From NCBI GenBank assembly GCA_045613125.1, contig JAZLAM010000006.1, positions 18,075 through 82,074 on the forward strand: a stretch of DNA of 64,000 bases. The letters are read 5' to 3'. The stretch is from Alphaproteobacteria bacterium. Lineage in GTDB: Bacteria > Pseudomonadota > Alphaproteobacteria > RF32 > CAG-239. The translations under genes and the position numbers were made by a program. This document shows, piece after piece, positions 51,163 to 60,950 of the stretch (position 1 is its first letter; every line of letters begins with the position of its first letter). The notes beneath the pieces were generated by a model. It saw only the letters and a list, made by a program, of their open reading frames with translations. It made no database searches and was not told where the DNA came from.

Positions 51163-53619
51163 ATGAAATTAGTTATTGTAGAGTCTCCGGCAAAAGCCAA
51201 AACTATCAATAAATATTTAGGAAGCGATTATAAAGTTCTTGCAAGCTTCGGACATATACGTGATTTACCAAGTAAAGACGGTTCTGTCAATCCGGATAAT
51301 GACTTTAGTATGTCATGGGAGTTAAGTTCAGGCGGTAAAAAACGCCTAAATGATATTATAACAGCAGTTAAAGATTGCGATACAATTGTTCTTGCATCCG
51401 ACCCTGATAGAGAAGGAGAAGCTATTGCTTGGCACATTTTAGAAGAACTTACAGCACGTAAAAAAATTAAAGATAAGAAAATAGAACGAGTTGTTTTTCA
51501 TGAAATTACCAAAAATGCCGTTACTGAAGCCATTAAAAGCCCACGTAATATTGATGATAATTTAGTTTCTGCTTATATGGCAAGACGTGCTCTTGACTAT
51601 TTAGTAGGTTTCACACTTTCTCCGGTTTTATGGCGTAAACTCCCGGGCTCAAAATCTGCCGGACGCGTTCAGTCGGTTGCTTTAAGACTTATTTGCGAAC
51701 GAGAATCAGAAATTGAAAAATTCAAAGCAGAAGAATATTGGACTATTGATGTGGATTTACTTAATAATCATAAATCTCTTATTCCGTCGCATCTTATACA
51801 ATTAGATGGTAAAAAGCTTGAAAAATTTGATCTTAACACTGAAGAAAAAGCAATAAAAGCTAAAGCAAAAATCGAAGCTCAAGATTTTTATATTTCAAAT
51901 ATAGAGCGCAAAAAAACAAACAGATATCCGGCTCCTCCGTTTACCACATCTACTTTACAACAAGAAGCTGCGAGGAAACTGCGATTTTCAGCTAAAAAGA
52001 CTATGCAAATTGCTCAAAAATTATATGAAGAAGGTTTGATTACGTATATGAGAACCGACGCCGTAAACTTATCTAAGGAAGCAATAAGCGCCTGCCGAGA
52101 TGCCATTTTAAAATATTTTGGTGAAGTTTATTTGCCGAAAGTTGCCAAAGAATATAAAACTAAATCTAAAAACGCTCAAGAGGCCCATGAAGCTATCAGA
52201 CCATCTGATGTAATGAACACACCTAAAAAGATGGAAATCAAACTTGATGCCGACGCTTATAAACTTTATGAACTTATTTGGAAAAGAACTGTTGCTTGCC
52301 AAATGAATCCGGCGATTATGGATAGAGTTACTATCGACAGCACATCAAAAGATAAACAAATTGTTTTAAGAGCTAACGGACAAGTAGTCGAATTTGACGG
52401 TTTCTTAAAACTATATCAAGAAAGCAAAGATGATAACGATGAAGATGATGATAATCGTATTTTGCCTAATGTTGCAGTTGATGAAAAAGTTGAAAAAGGA
52501 GATATTAAACCGGAACAACACTTTACAACCCCTCCTCCACGCTTTACTGAAGCAAGTCTGGTTAAGAAACTTGAAGAATTAGGTATTGGACGACCTTCAA
52601 CTTATGCTACCATTATTGCTGTATTACAAGAACGTAAATATGTAAAAGTGGAAAAACTTCGTTTTATTCCGGAAGACAGAGGTCGAATCGTAACCGTATT
52701 TTTAGAAAGTTATTTCAAAAAATATGTAGAATATGACTTTACGGCTCAATTAGAAGAATTTTTAGACGATGTATCTGCAGGTCAAATGGAATGGAAAAAA
52801 CTTTTAACCGGTTTTTGGGTCAAATTTATTAAAAATATTGATGCTGTTCAACCGTTGCAAGTTAAAGAAGTAATAGAAAAAGTTGATGAAGTTTTGTCTT
52901 ATCATTTATTTCCCCAAAAAGGAGATGGCAGTGATCCAAGACTGTGTCCGGAATGTGGTAAAGGCAGAATAAGTGTAAAACTCGGAAAATATGGCGCCTT
53001 TTTAGGTTGCTCAAATTATCCTGAATGTAAATACACCAAACCTTTAACTGATGTAAAAGAGGAAGAATTACAAGATAATGACAAACCTAAAATCGAAAAA
53101 CCTGAAGACAAACTTTTAGGCACATATAAAACATTAAACATTTATCTAAAAAAAGGTCCTTATGGTTTTTACATTCAATGGGGTGAGGATGCGACAGCAA
53201 TAACAGAAAAACCTAAACGCGTAGCTATCCCTAAAAATATGAGCCATGAGAATATAACATTTGAACAAGCTGTAAGACTTGTAAGTTTACCTTTTGATTT
53301 GGGCGAAGGTGTTGAAGTTAATGTTGGGAAATTTGGTCCTTATATAAAACAAGGCTTAAAATCTCGTTCACTTACCGGCAATGATAATATTTTCAATATC
53401 ACTTTGGAGAGAGCGTTACAAATTTTGGAAGGTGTGCAAGAAAAAGCTCAGACAACTATTTTAGGTAAAGATACCAATGGTAATGACGTTTTATTAAGCA
53501 GTGGTCGTTATGGACCATATATAAAATGTGGAAAAACAAACTATGCCATTCCTAGAGAATTAAAAGATAAGGATATAACTTTAGATGATGCTCTAAAAAT
53601 TATACAAACAAAAAAATAG
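51163..53619 (+). CDS. topA: DNA topoisomerase I
   Basis: TOPRIM MKLVIVESPAKAKTI, DPDREGEAI, active-site region LITYMRTD, and a C-terminal Zn ribbon CPECG..C. Confidence 0.97.
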   Translation: MKLVIVESPAKAKTINKYLGSDYKVLASFGHIRDLPSKDGSVNPDNDFSMSWELSSGGKKRLNDIITAVKDCDTIVLASDPDREGEAIAWHILEELTARKKIKDKKIERVVFHEITKNAVTEAIKSPRNIDDNLVSAYMARRALDYLVGFTLSPVLWRKLPGSKSAGRVQSVALRLICERESEIEKFKAEEYWTIDVDLLNNHKSLIPSHLIQLDGKKLEKFDLNTEEKAIKAKAKIEAQDFYISNIERKKTNRYPAPPFTTSTLQQEAARKLRFSAKKTMQIAQKLYEEGLITYMRTDAVNLSKEAISACRDAILKYFGEVYLPKVAKEYKTKSKNAQEAHEAIRPSDVMNTPKKMEIKLDADAYKLYELIWKRTVACQMNPAIMDRVTIDSTSKDKQIVLRANGQVVEFDGFLKLYQESKDDNDEDDDNRILPNVAVDEKVEKGDIKPEQHFTTPPPRFTEASLVKKLEELGIGRPSTYATIIAVLQERKYVKVEKLRFIPEDRGRIVTVFLESYFKKYVEYDFTAQLEEFLDDVSAGQMEWKKLLTGFWVKFIKNIDAVQPLQVKEVIEKVDEVLSYHLFPQKGDGSDPRLCPECGKGRISVKLGKYGAFLGCSNYPECKYTKPLTDVKEEELQDNDKPKIEKPEDKLLGTYKTLNIYLKKGPYGFYIQWGEDATAITEKPKRVAIPKNMSHENITFEQAVRLVSLPFDLGEGVEVNVGKFGPYIKQGLKSRSLTGNDNIFNITLERALQILEGVQEKAQTTILGKDTNGNDVLLSSGRYGPYIKCGKTNYAIPRELKDKDITLDDALKIIQTKK

Positions 53620-53629
53620 TTATCGCTAT

Positions 53630-53668
53630 AAATAACACCACCGTTTTCTCGGTGGTGTTATTTTATAA
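53630..53668. terminator. Bidirectional terminator between convergent topA and infA
   Basis: 14 bp stem AAATAACACCACCG / CGGTGGTGTTATTT with a 6 nt loop. Confidence 0.75.
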
Positions 53669-53689
53669 TTACCGATTAATAAATTATAT

Positions 53690-53911
53690 TTAATCTTTAT
53701 GACGAAATGTGATACGCCCTTTCGTCAAATCATAAGGGGTCATTTCAATATCAACTTTGTCACCAACCATAACTCTAATTCTGAATTTGCGCATTTTACC
53801 TGCAGTATGGGCTAAAATTTCTACACCATTTTCAAGTTTTACACGAAACATAGCGTTAGGCAGTTTTTCAACAACCTCCCCTGTAAGTTCAAGTAGTTCT
53901 TCTTTACTCAT
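53690..53911 (-). CDS. infA: Translation initiation factor IF-1
   Basis: [38 protein letters not shown]. Confidence 0.97.
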   Translation of the reverse strand: MSKEELLELTGEVVEKLPNAMFRVKLENGVEILAHTAGKMRKFRIRVMVGDKVDIEMTPYDLTKGRITFRHKD

Positions 53912-53969
53912 AAAAAATCCTTTTAAAAACTTTCTTTAAAACATTTTATATTTGTATAAACTTAATTTT

Positions 53970-55646
53970 TTAATTTTGCAATTTATTTCTTTTCATTTTA
54001 GGAAATTTTATTATAAATGCAGTTCCCTTACCTACCTCACTTGATACATGTATTGTCCCTTTAACTTTATCAACTAAAGATTTTACTATTGCTAAGCCTA
54101 ATCCAATATTATGATGTTTACTACTTTTACCATCTGAATAAAAAGGTTCAAATATGTGTTGTATTTTTTCATTATCTATTCCAACACCTGTATCTTTAAC
54201 CCCAACTACTATATTATTCTTATCTTTAGATAATTCAACTTCTAATAGTCCTCCTGAAGGCATAGCTTTCAAAGAATTTTGAGCTAAATTTAATATAATC
54301 ATTTTAAAGTCAGCTTCATTGCCAAGCATATAAAGTGCATTGCTCTTAAATATCTTTTTAATTTCCACGCCATTACTTTTTGCTTCATAATCCAATAAGG
54401 ATAAAACCTCATCAATACTGTTATTAATATCAATTATTTCTTGTTCTTCTCCACTGTATTTGGCTAATTTTAACAACCTTTCCGGTATTTGCACACTCAT
54501 TACAATTTGATTATATATCATATTTAAATATTTTTTTTGAACATCATCATCGGATATATCTTTATAATACGAATCGAGTATATTTTCCAATATCATTCTT
54601 ATAGATCCTAAATTATTTTTCATTTCGTGCGCGACAGATGTTGCTAAAAAACCAAGAGATGCCACTTTTTGTTCATGCGAAAATTTAATATCATTACTTA
54701 AGTCACGAATAGATTCAATAATGTAAAAATCCTTTTCTTTGTTATTTTTATCCAACAATAAAGGAGCCACATTGATAGACAAAGGCTTACCATTCAAATT
54801 CTGTATAATATTTAAACGTTTAAATTCTGATTGGTTTATTTCTCGTAAAGGACAAGTTAGAATTCCTTCAGGACAAGGCATATCATAATTATATGCATAG
54901 TAACACTTATTTTGACTTTCAATCGATATATCTCCCATTTGTTTTATATATGCCTTATTAGCTAGTATTATATTATAATTTTTATCAATAACCCTTATAC
55001 CATCTGGAATACCATCAATTAGAGATTGCAAAAAAAGCTCTTTGTTTTTTATTTCCATAATATTAAATTCAATACTATCTACCATAGTATTAAAAGTTTT
55101 AGCCAGAGTATCAAATTCATCAAAGAATATTTGCTTGTCATCAGCAGTTATGCGTTTGGAAAAATCACCTTTAGCAACCAATGAACTCAAATAATTCAAT
55201 TTATGTATCGGATTTATAACCCATCTTTGAAGTAAAAAACCTAAAATGATAATTGAAATAAGAGATAACAAAAAACCTATACCTATGATTTTTGAACCAT
55301 AAACAAAAGCATTTGTTTGCTCATTGTATTTATGTAACAAATCTTCATTAAACTTCTTTGCCTTATCCAACTCTTCTTGTTTTTCATTTAAATCTTGCAT
55401 CATTAATATATCTGACGAAAGGCTAGCATTTGTTGCTCCTAATTTTTTCTTAAGCTTCATATTTTCAGATAAGAGCTCCATAACATATTGGTTTTGCAAA
55501 AAAACGCTATCATAATCTTGACTATATTTTTGCCCAAAAACGCCCAAAAATACGGCAAAAAAGAGCGTCCCAATAAAAATCATTAGAAGAAAAATAGTAT
55601 AAAATATTTTTTTATTTAAACTAAAATACATACTCAGCTCCATCAA
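53970..55646 (-). CDS. Orphan membrane sensor histidine kinase (2 TM, HAMP, PAS, HisKA, HATPase)
   Basis: H-box SVAHEMKNNLGSI, N-box LNLAQNSLKA, and G-boxes DTGVGI and GLGLAIV. No response regulator gene is adjacent. Confidence 0.85.
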   Translation of the reverse strand: MMELSMYFSLNKKIFYTIFLLMIFIGTLFFAVFLGVFGQKYSQDYDSVFLQNQYVMELLSENMKLKKKLGATNASLSSDILMMQDLNEKQEELDKAKKFNEDLLHKYNEQTNAFVYGSKIIGIGFLLSLISIIILGFLLQRWVINPIHKLNYLSSLVAKGDFSKRITADDKQIFFDEFDTLAKTFNTMVDSIEFNIMEIKNKELFLQSLIDGIPDGIRVIDKNYNIILANKAYIKQMGDISIESQNKCYYAYNYDMPCPEGILTCPLREINQSEFKRLNIIQNLNGKPLSINVAPLLLDKNNKEKDFYIIESIRDLSNDIKFSHEQKVASLGFLATSVAHEMKNNLGSIRMILENILDSYYKDISDDDVQKKYLNMIYNQIVMSVQIPERLLKLAKYSGEEQEIIDINNSIDEVLSLLDYEAKSNGVEIKKIFKSNALYMLGNEADFKMIILNLAQNSLKAMPSGGLLEVELSKDKNNIVVGVKDTGVGIDNEKIQHIFEPFYSDGKSSKHHNIGLGLAIVKSLVDKVKGTIHVSSEVGKGTAFIIKFPKMKRNKLQN

Positions 55647-55648
55647 GA

Positions 55649-56359
55649 TTAAAATAAACGCGCAAAGTCCTTCAAATTATTTATTTGAAGATAAGGGTTA
55701 CACTTTTTCTCTAATCCTAAATTAACAGGTGCTACTGGTAATCCTTTTTGTAATCTGGGGATTGCTATTTGAACATATTCTTCTATATCATGGTGCTTAT
55801 GCCTTAAAGCTTGTAACAAACAATGCTCCGTATATTCATGCCCTGGATAAAAAACGACATCATCCGGTAAAGATTTTATTTTTTGAAGAGAATTAAACAT
55901 TTGCTCCGGAGTACCTTCAAATAAACCTCCTATACACAAATTAAACAAGACATCTCCTGTAAACAACACTTTATCATCTTCAGCATAAAATAAGATATGC
56001 CCGTTAGTATGCCCCGCGGTCTCAATTATTCTTATATTTGTATCTCCCAATAAAAAAATGTCAGATTCTTTAACTGTTATATCTAATCCGCTAATTAAAT
56101 CTTTTTCTCTTTCTGGTCCTATAATTTTTAAGCCATACTTTACTTTTAATTCTGTATTTGCACCGACATGATCAAAATGATGGTGTGTTGTTAAAATATA
56201 CTGAGGTTTTACGTTATTTTCTTCACAAAAATCAATTATCGGTTTTGTTTCTGAAGCATCAACAACAGCAGAAATGGAACTATCCTTATCAGTAATAAAA
56301 TAAGCATAATTATTCATAGTACCTTTACGGCATAATATAGGATTAATCTCCAAGGTCAT
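55649..56359 (-). CDS. gloB: Hydroxyacylglutathione hydrolase (glyoxalase II, MBL fold)
   Basis: Motifs THHHFDHVG, TAGHTNGH, PGHEYT. Confidence 0.85.
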   Translation of the reverse strand: MTLEINPILCRKGTMNNYAYFITDKDSSISAVVDASETKPIIDFCEENNVKPQYILTTHHHFDHVGANTELKVKYGLKIIGPEREKDLISGLDITVKESDIFLLGDTNIRIIETAGHTNGHILFYAEDDKVLFTGDVLFNLCIGGLFEGTPEQMFNSLQKIKSLPDDVVFYPGHEYTEHCLLQALRHKHHDIEEYVQIAIPRLQKGLPVAPVNLGLEKKCNPYLQINNLKDFARLF

Positions 56360-57263
56360 ATTCCGTCTCCAATTCTGCGCTATCCAGATAATTCATATGA
56401 TAATATGTTAAAGTATAATCCAATAATCCGGCATAGTTGCTTAAATTATTATCTAAAACAAAGGACCAGTCTATTCTCCTGCCATATATTGTATCGCCAG
56501 ACAATTCTTGTAATTCTCGAGCATTTTTACGTGCATTCCAAAAAGCAGCATAATTTACACTGATATTTACCTTTAATATATAATCTCTAATACTATCTTC
56601 TAAAGAATCGTATATTTTGTATCTATAATCTTTATCATCACTTTCCGGTTCTAAACCTTCTTCAGAATACCAGTTTCGCGCTTTATATAAATTATTTGCC
56701 CTAACTGCAATACGTGAAGTTCCCCAATCTGTATAAATAGCTGCAGCGGCTACTAAAATTGATGGAGGCACAGTTCCAACTCTCAAGCGCAACTCCTCAA
56801 GCAAGTTTATATACTTTCTTGTGTCTTTATAAGGATTGGCTACTTCATATTTTTCTGCCAACTTATCTATGTAATAACAATCCAACTCATGAAAATCTTT
56901 TTCTTCTTGAAAGCCATACCAAATAGCTTCCAAATTTGCTCTTTCTTCTTCATATTCTTGATTAACCTTCAGTACTAACGGCATTAACATTTTAATAAAA
57001 AGCTCATTTCTTAGCGTTTTGTTTTCCATTTTTGCGTAATCATGAGGAATATTTTTAACAAAAACTCGGGGATAAATATTATCGTTAGGTTTTAAATAAT
57101 TAGGAAACTCTAAATCAGCATAAAAATTTTGCAGATCTCGAATATTAATATCTTTTATATAAGCTCCACTATTTGTAATGGATATTTTTTCGGCATCATA
57201 AGAAAAAACCTTTGTAGCAAAACTTATACCAATAACCAAAACAATAAATATTTTTTTTATCAT
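56343..57263 (-). CDS. Bax-like glucosaminidase (GH73)-domain protein, possibly non-catalytic
   Basis: Signal/anchor sequence. The region VPPSILVAAAAIYTDWGTSRIAVRANNLYKAR parallels the GH73 motif A.ESGWG.S..A...NN.FG. Confidence 0.5.
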   Translation of the reverse strand: MIKKIFIVLVIGISFATKVFSYDAEKISITNSGAYIKDINIRDLQNFYADLEFPNYLKPNDNIYPRVFVKNIPHDYAKMENKTLRNELFIKMLMPLVLKVNQEYEEERANLEAIWYGFQEEKDFHELDCYYIDKLAEKYEVANPYKDTRKYINLLEELRLRVGTVPPSILVAAAAIYTDWGTSRIAVRANNLYKARNWYSEEGLEPESDDKDYRYKIYDSLEDSIRDYILKVNISVNYAAFWNARKNARELQELSGDTIYGRRIDWSFVLDNNLSNYAGLLDYTLTYYHMNYLDSAELETEYDLGD

Positions 57264-57809
57264 TTAATATCCTTTTTCAAAAGGTTTTACCTCTTTTATT
57301 TGTGAAATATTTTTTTTAAGTATTTTTTCTACACCATCTTTTAATGTTCTCATCGCATAAGGACAACCGGAACATTTTCCCATAAGTTCAACCCAAAGTA
57401 TATTATCTTCAAATTTTATTATTTTAATATCTCCACCATCTTTTTTTAAGGCAGGACGTATTCTGGCATCAACTAAACACCATATTTTTTTTAGAAGTTC
57501 TTCTGTGGTTTCCGTTTCATTTGATGTAGATACAATAGGTGCACCCATCGCTAAAAAATCTAAAATTTCAGCCATAATCTGCGGGCTTAAATCTTCCCAA
57601 GATGAAGATATATTTTTTTTAACAGACACCATATCTGAAGTTATTAAAACGCTTTCAACACCACCTATATCAAAAATAGCTTCTGCTAATGGAGATTTTC
57701 TTAAAGATTTTATTTCAGAAAATTCTATCGAATCGACAAGCAAACTTGTATCTTTTGGATAAAAGTTTCGCACATTTTTATTTGGCGTATCTTCAAACTC
57801 TATTATCAT
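57264..57809 (-). CDS. nfuA: NFU-type Fe-S scaffold (Nfu_N + NifU C-terminal domain)
   Basis: C-terminal CSGCPYAMRTLKDGVEKIL (CxxC) and RPALKKDGGDI. Confidence 0.85.
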   Translation of the reverse strand: MIIEFEDTPNKNVRNFYPKDTSLLVDSIEFSEIKSLRKSPLAEAIFDIGGVESVLITSDMVSVKKNISSSWEDLSPQIMAEILDFLAMGAPIVSTSNETETTEELLKKIWCLVDARIRPALKKDGGDIKIIKFEDNILWVELMGKCSGCPYAMRTLKDGVEKILKKNISQIKEVKPFEKGY

Positions 57810-58837
57810 TGTACATCTCTTATAATATTCTCTTTGATTTGGCTAAGAATATAATTTGCTTTAATTACATAATAGTTTAAGATTATAAGATGGTTTGGTG
57901 CCATAACACTTTCAACTCTACCATTACGTACAATAAGAGGATCAACAGCTACAGCATCTTCCAAGGTCTTAAATAAAGATGTAAGTTTTTCATACTGTTT
58001 AGTTTCAACTATCAAATATTTAAAATCTCTTGTCAAAGCTTTAAGTAAAACATCGTATCCGTATATTTTTCCTTGACTTAAATAAAACATTTCATCAGCC
58101 TTAAAATCAACATAATCCGAACTATATTCTCTTACCTGATTTTCCAAATTAGCTGATATTTTATTTAGATCTTTTTCCATATTTGTTAAAAAACTTATCA
58201 CAATTTTTTTACCATCTGATGCTACAAAATCAGTATTTTTATTAAAGCTTAACATATTTTTTCTTGCTTTACGATATTGTGCCCCGGAAGATGGCGCTAA
58301 GGCTAAATTTTCACCTTTAGAAAGTATCCAAACATTAGGTGGATATTTAAGAAGTTTCATTGCTTGCTGAATATCATCTGTTGCATACACAGATAATAAT
58401 GATTTAACAGAAGTTTTAACAGCATGCAGAATCCCCGTTTGAAAAGAAGGCATATTATCAAGAACATAACCTGGAAATATAAATGGCAAATTTGGTGTCC
58501 ACATATTGTCATCTACTTCACGTTTAATTAAAAATGCCCCTGCATCAACAAAATTTAATCCACTTGAAGTACTTTTAATTTCAAAAGAAGTATCTTTATT
58601 TATCGTATTTGTAACATATCCGCCTAAAGTATAATACAAGACTAAAAACAAAGGGACAACAACAGCAAGAGATCTCCACGAACGACGCATATAAGCTGAT
58701 ATAGATTTAAATATGTGTTTAATAAATGCAAAAAAAGTTTCTATTCTTGTTTTAGTCAACGGATTTTTTTCATATAAAAAATTTAAAACATCCTGAAGTT
58801 TATTTTTTACCGTTATCCATAATTGTTTGTTTTGCAT
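57806..58837 (-). CDS. DUF2333-like membrane-anchored protein
   Basis: One N-terminal TM. The segment WTPNLPFIFPGYVLDNMPSFQTGILHAV resembles DUF2333 from memory. ATG 58837 has GAGGG upstream, and the track start at 58885 is a TTG. Confidence 0.5.
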   Translation of the reverse strand: MQNKQLWITVKNKLQDVLNFLYEKNPLTKTRIETFFAFIKHIFKSISAYMRRSWRSLAVVVPLFLVLYYTLGGYVTNTINKDTSFEIKSTSSGLNFVDAGAFLIKREVDDNMWTPNLPFIFPGYVLDNMPSFQTGILHAVKTSVKSLLSVYATDDIQQAMKLLKYPPNVWILSKGENLALAPSSGAQYRKARKNMLSFNKNTDFVASDGKKIVISFLTNMEKDLNKISANLENQVREYSSDYVDFKADEMFYLSQGKIYGYDVLLKALTRDFKYLIVETKQYEKLTSLFKTLEDAVAVDPLIVRNGRVESVMAPNHLIILNYYVIKANYILSQIKENIIRDVQ

Positions 58838-60413
58838 TATTCCCTCTTTTCTTTTTAAGAAGTTGTAAAATTTGTGAAACATCAAATACTTTCATTATTG
58901 TAACTAAAAACAAAAAAGTTGCAAGCCCGAAAACGCCTGTTGCACCTAATATGAACAACTTTATTATTACATTAAAATTTAACCAATCGATAAAATACGT
59001 ATTTAATACACAATGAATTATAAAGATTACTGCACCCATTAATATTGATGCTAACAAGATTTTCCCGATTTTCATTATTAAAAGTTTTGAAAAACTCCAA
59101 AATTGACGCTTTTTTAACCCATAAACATATTGCGCGAAAGAAACAAAAGCTGAAATTGTAGTAGCAATTGCAATTCCAACATGTCCAAACGGTCTCATTA
59201 ATATTAAAGAAAAAATCAGATGAGTTATAAAAACAACTGCACTAAATTTTACCGGAGTGATAGTATCACCTCTGGCAAAAAAGTTTGGCATAAGAGCCTT
59301 TACCAAAACATAACAAGGAAGACCTACAGAATATGCCATCAAAGCAAAAGAAGTCATCAATGTATCTTTACTACTAAATTGTCCGTGCTCAAATAAGATA
59401 TTTATTACCGGTTTTGCTAAAACGATCATTAACACGGCTGCCGGAAATGATAACAATGCGGCATATTCGACAGCTTTATCTTGTGATAACTTACTTTGAA
59501 TTTCATCGCCTGATTTTAACTGTTTGGATAAAATAGGTAACAACGCCACACTTATAGCAGCCCCAACAACTCCTAAAGGCAACTGTTGTAATCTGTTTGC
59601 ATAATATAGCCAAGATATTGCGCCCGTACCTACCAATGATACCAAAATTGTATCAACAACCATATTTATTTGATAAATTCCGGAACCTACAACTCCAGGA
59701 GCAATACGCTTAAATAACAGTCTTATTTGACTATCTTTCAAAATTTTAAATATCTTAAAACATGGCCTTAATTTTGCATTTTGTTTTACCAAAAAAAATT
59801 GCAACCATAAAATTTCCAAAAAACCGGCCACGGTTATACCTATTGCGAATCCGTGCGCAGGTGTTTTTGTAAATGGTACAAAAACAAAAGCCGATGCTAT
59901 CATAACTAAATTCAGGATAATAGGAGCACTCGCCGGAGCCGCAAACTTTTCAAACGAATTTAAAATTCCGGCTTGAAATGATACTACAGAAACCAAAAGC
60001 AAAAAAGGAAACGTTATTCGGCACAATGATGTGGCAAGATCAATTTTTCCGGCATCTGCAACAAAACCGGGAGCCAACACATTAACCACATAGGGCATAA
60101 ATAGCTCAAATAACAAAATAAATATAAGCAAGAAAAATACTAAAACAGAGATTGCTTTCGAAGCAAAAAAAAGTGATTTCTTTTTACCTTCGCTAACCAA
60201 TTTTTGTGAAAAAATCGGAACAAAAGCACTGGTAAAAGCACCTTCGGCAAACAAACTTCTAAACAAATTAGGCAACTTAAACGATACAAAAAAAGCATCA
60301 GAGAGTGTCCCCGCCCCCAATAAATTTGCAAGCACCATATCTCTTACAAAGCCTGTTATCCTACTGACAAAAGTAAAACCACCAAATGTTGCTATCGACT
60401 TAAATAGTGACAT
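58800..60413 (-). CDS. murJ: Lipid II flippase MurJ/MviN
   Basis: N-terminus SRITGFVRDMVLANLLGAG..SDAFFVSFKLPNLFRSLFAEGAF and ~14 TM helices. Confidence 0.9.
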   Translation of the reverse strand: MSLFKSIATFGGFTFVSRITGFVRDMVLANLLGAGTLSDAFFVSFKLPNLFRSLFAEGAFTSAFVPIFSQKLVSEGKKKSLFFASKAISVLVFFLLIFILLFELFMPYVVNVLAPGFVADAGKIDLATSLCRITFPFLLLVSVVSFQAGILNSFEKFAAPASAPIILNLVMIASAFVFVPFTKTPAHGFAIGITVAGFLEILWLQFFLVKQNAKLRPCFKIFKILKDSQIRLLFKRIAPGVVGSGIYQINMVVDTILVSLVGTGAISWLYYANRLQQLPLGVVGAAISVALLPILSKQLKSGDEIQSKLSQDKAVEYAALLSFPAAVLMIVLAKPVINILFEHGQFSSKDTLMTSFALMAYSVGLPCYVLVKALMPNFFARGDTITPVKFSAVVFITHLIFSLILMRPFGHVGIAIATTISAFVSFAQYVYGLKKRQFWSFSKLLIMKIGKILLASILMGAVIFIIHCVLNTYFIDWLNFNVIIKLFILGATGVFGLATFLFLVTIMKVFDVSQILQLLKKKRGNNAKQTIMDNGKK

Positions 60414-60515
60414 ATCAAACTTTCCACAAAATATTGTTTATTTTTCTTTTTTACCATAAAAATATTATATTTGCGTTAATATTAAAGAAAGTTTTTAAAA
60501 ATTGAAAAAAACATC

Positions 60516-60545
60516 TTGACAAAACTTAAAATATATGTATATGAT
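60516..60545 (+). promoter_or_regulatory. Strong sigma70-like promoter of the small ORF
   Basis: TTGACA-(18 nt)-TATGAT. Confidence 0.5.
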
Positions 60546-60577
60546 AGACAAAAGATTTCCGAATGAAGGATTATAAA

Positions 60578-60814
60578 ATGGGAAAATATACAGATAAATT
60601 AGATAAAATAACACAAAACCATTATAAAGGTTCTGCTGAAAGCAGAAAGCCTTCCGATTTACTTGTTGCAACTGCTGAAATGGCTCATGCTAAACATCTT
60701 GCCAATGGTAACAGTGAAACACGTTTACCATCAGCCGAATTAAACAGACTGGTAAGCAATAATAATAAACCTATTAAGTTAGATTTATTGCGTGATAAAA
60801 GTAATTCGTTGTAA
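60578..60814 (+). CDS. 78 aa hypothetical soluble protein (stand-alone transcription unit)
   Basis: AAGGA Shine-Dalgarno 5 nt before ATG 60578 (MGKYTDKLDKITQNHYKG...). It has its own promoter and terminator. No TM helix or signal peptide, and no family recognised. Confidence 0.5.
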   Translation: MGKYTDKLDKITQNHYKGSAESRKPSDLLVATAEMAHAKHLANGNSETRLPSAELNRLVSNNNKPIKLDLLRDKSNSL

Positions 60815-60840
60815 TAAACATATTTCATAATAACTCCTTG

Positions 60841-60869
60841 ACCGTCTTATACTTAAGACGGTTTTTTTA
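60841..60869 (+). terminator. Terminator of the small ORF
   Basis: ACCGTCTTA-(4 nt loop)-TAAGACGGT followed by TTTTTT. Confidence 0.7.
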
Positions 60870-60879
60870 ATATATTGAA

Positions 60880-60912
60880 TAAAAAACCTCGCGTGAAACG
60901 CGAGGCTTTTTA
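60880..60912. terminator. Second hairpin terminator, serving the convergent ORFan
   Basis: ACCTCGCG-TGAAA-CGCGAGG(C) flanked by an A-run and a T-run. Confidence 0.65.
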
Positions 60913-60950
60913 TTCAAAAGCAAAAAGTAAAACTTTTGAGTTTTTTCTTC

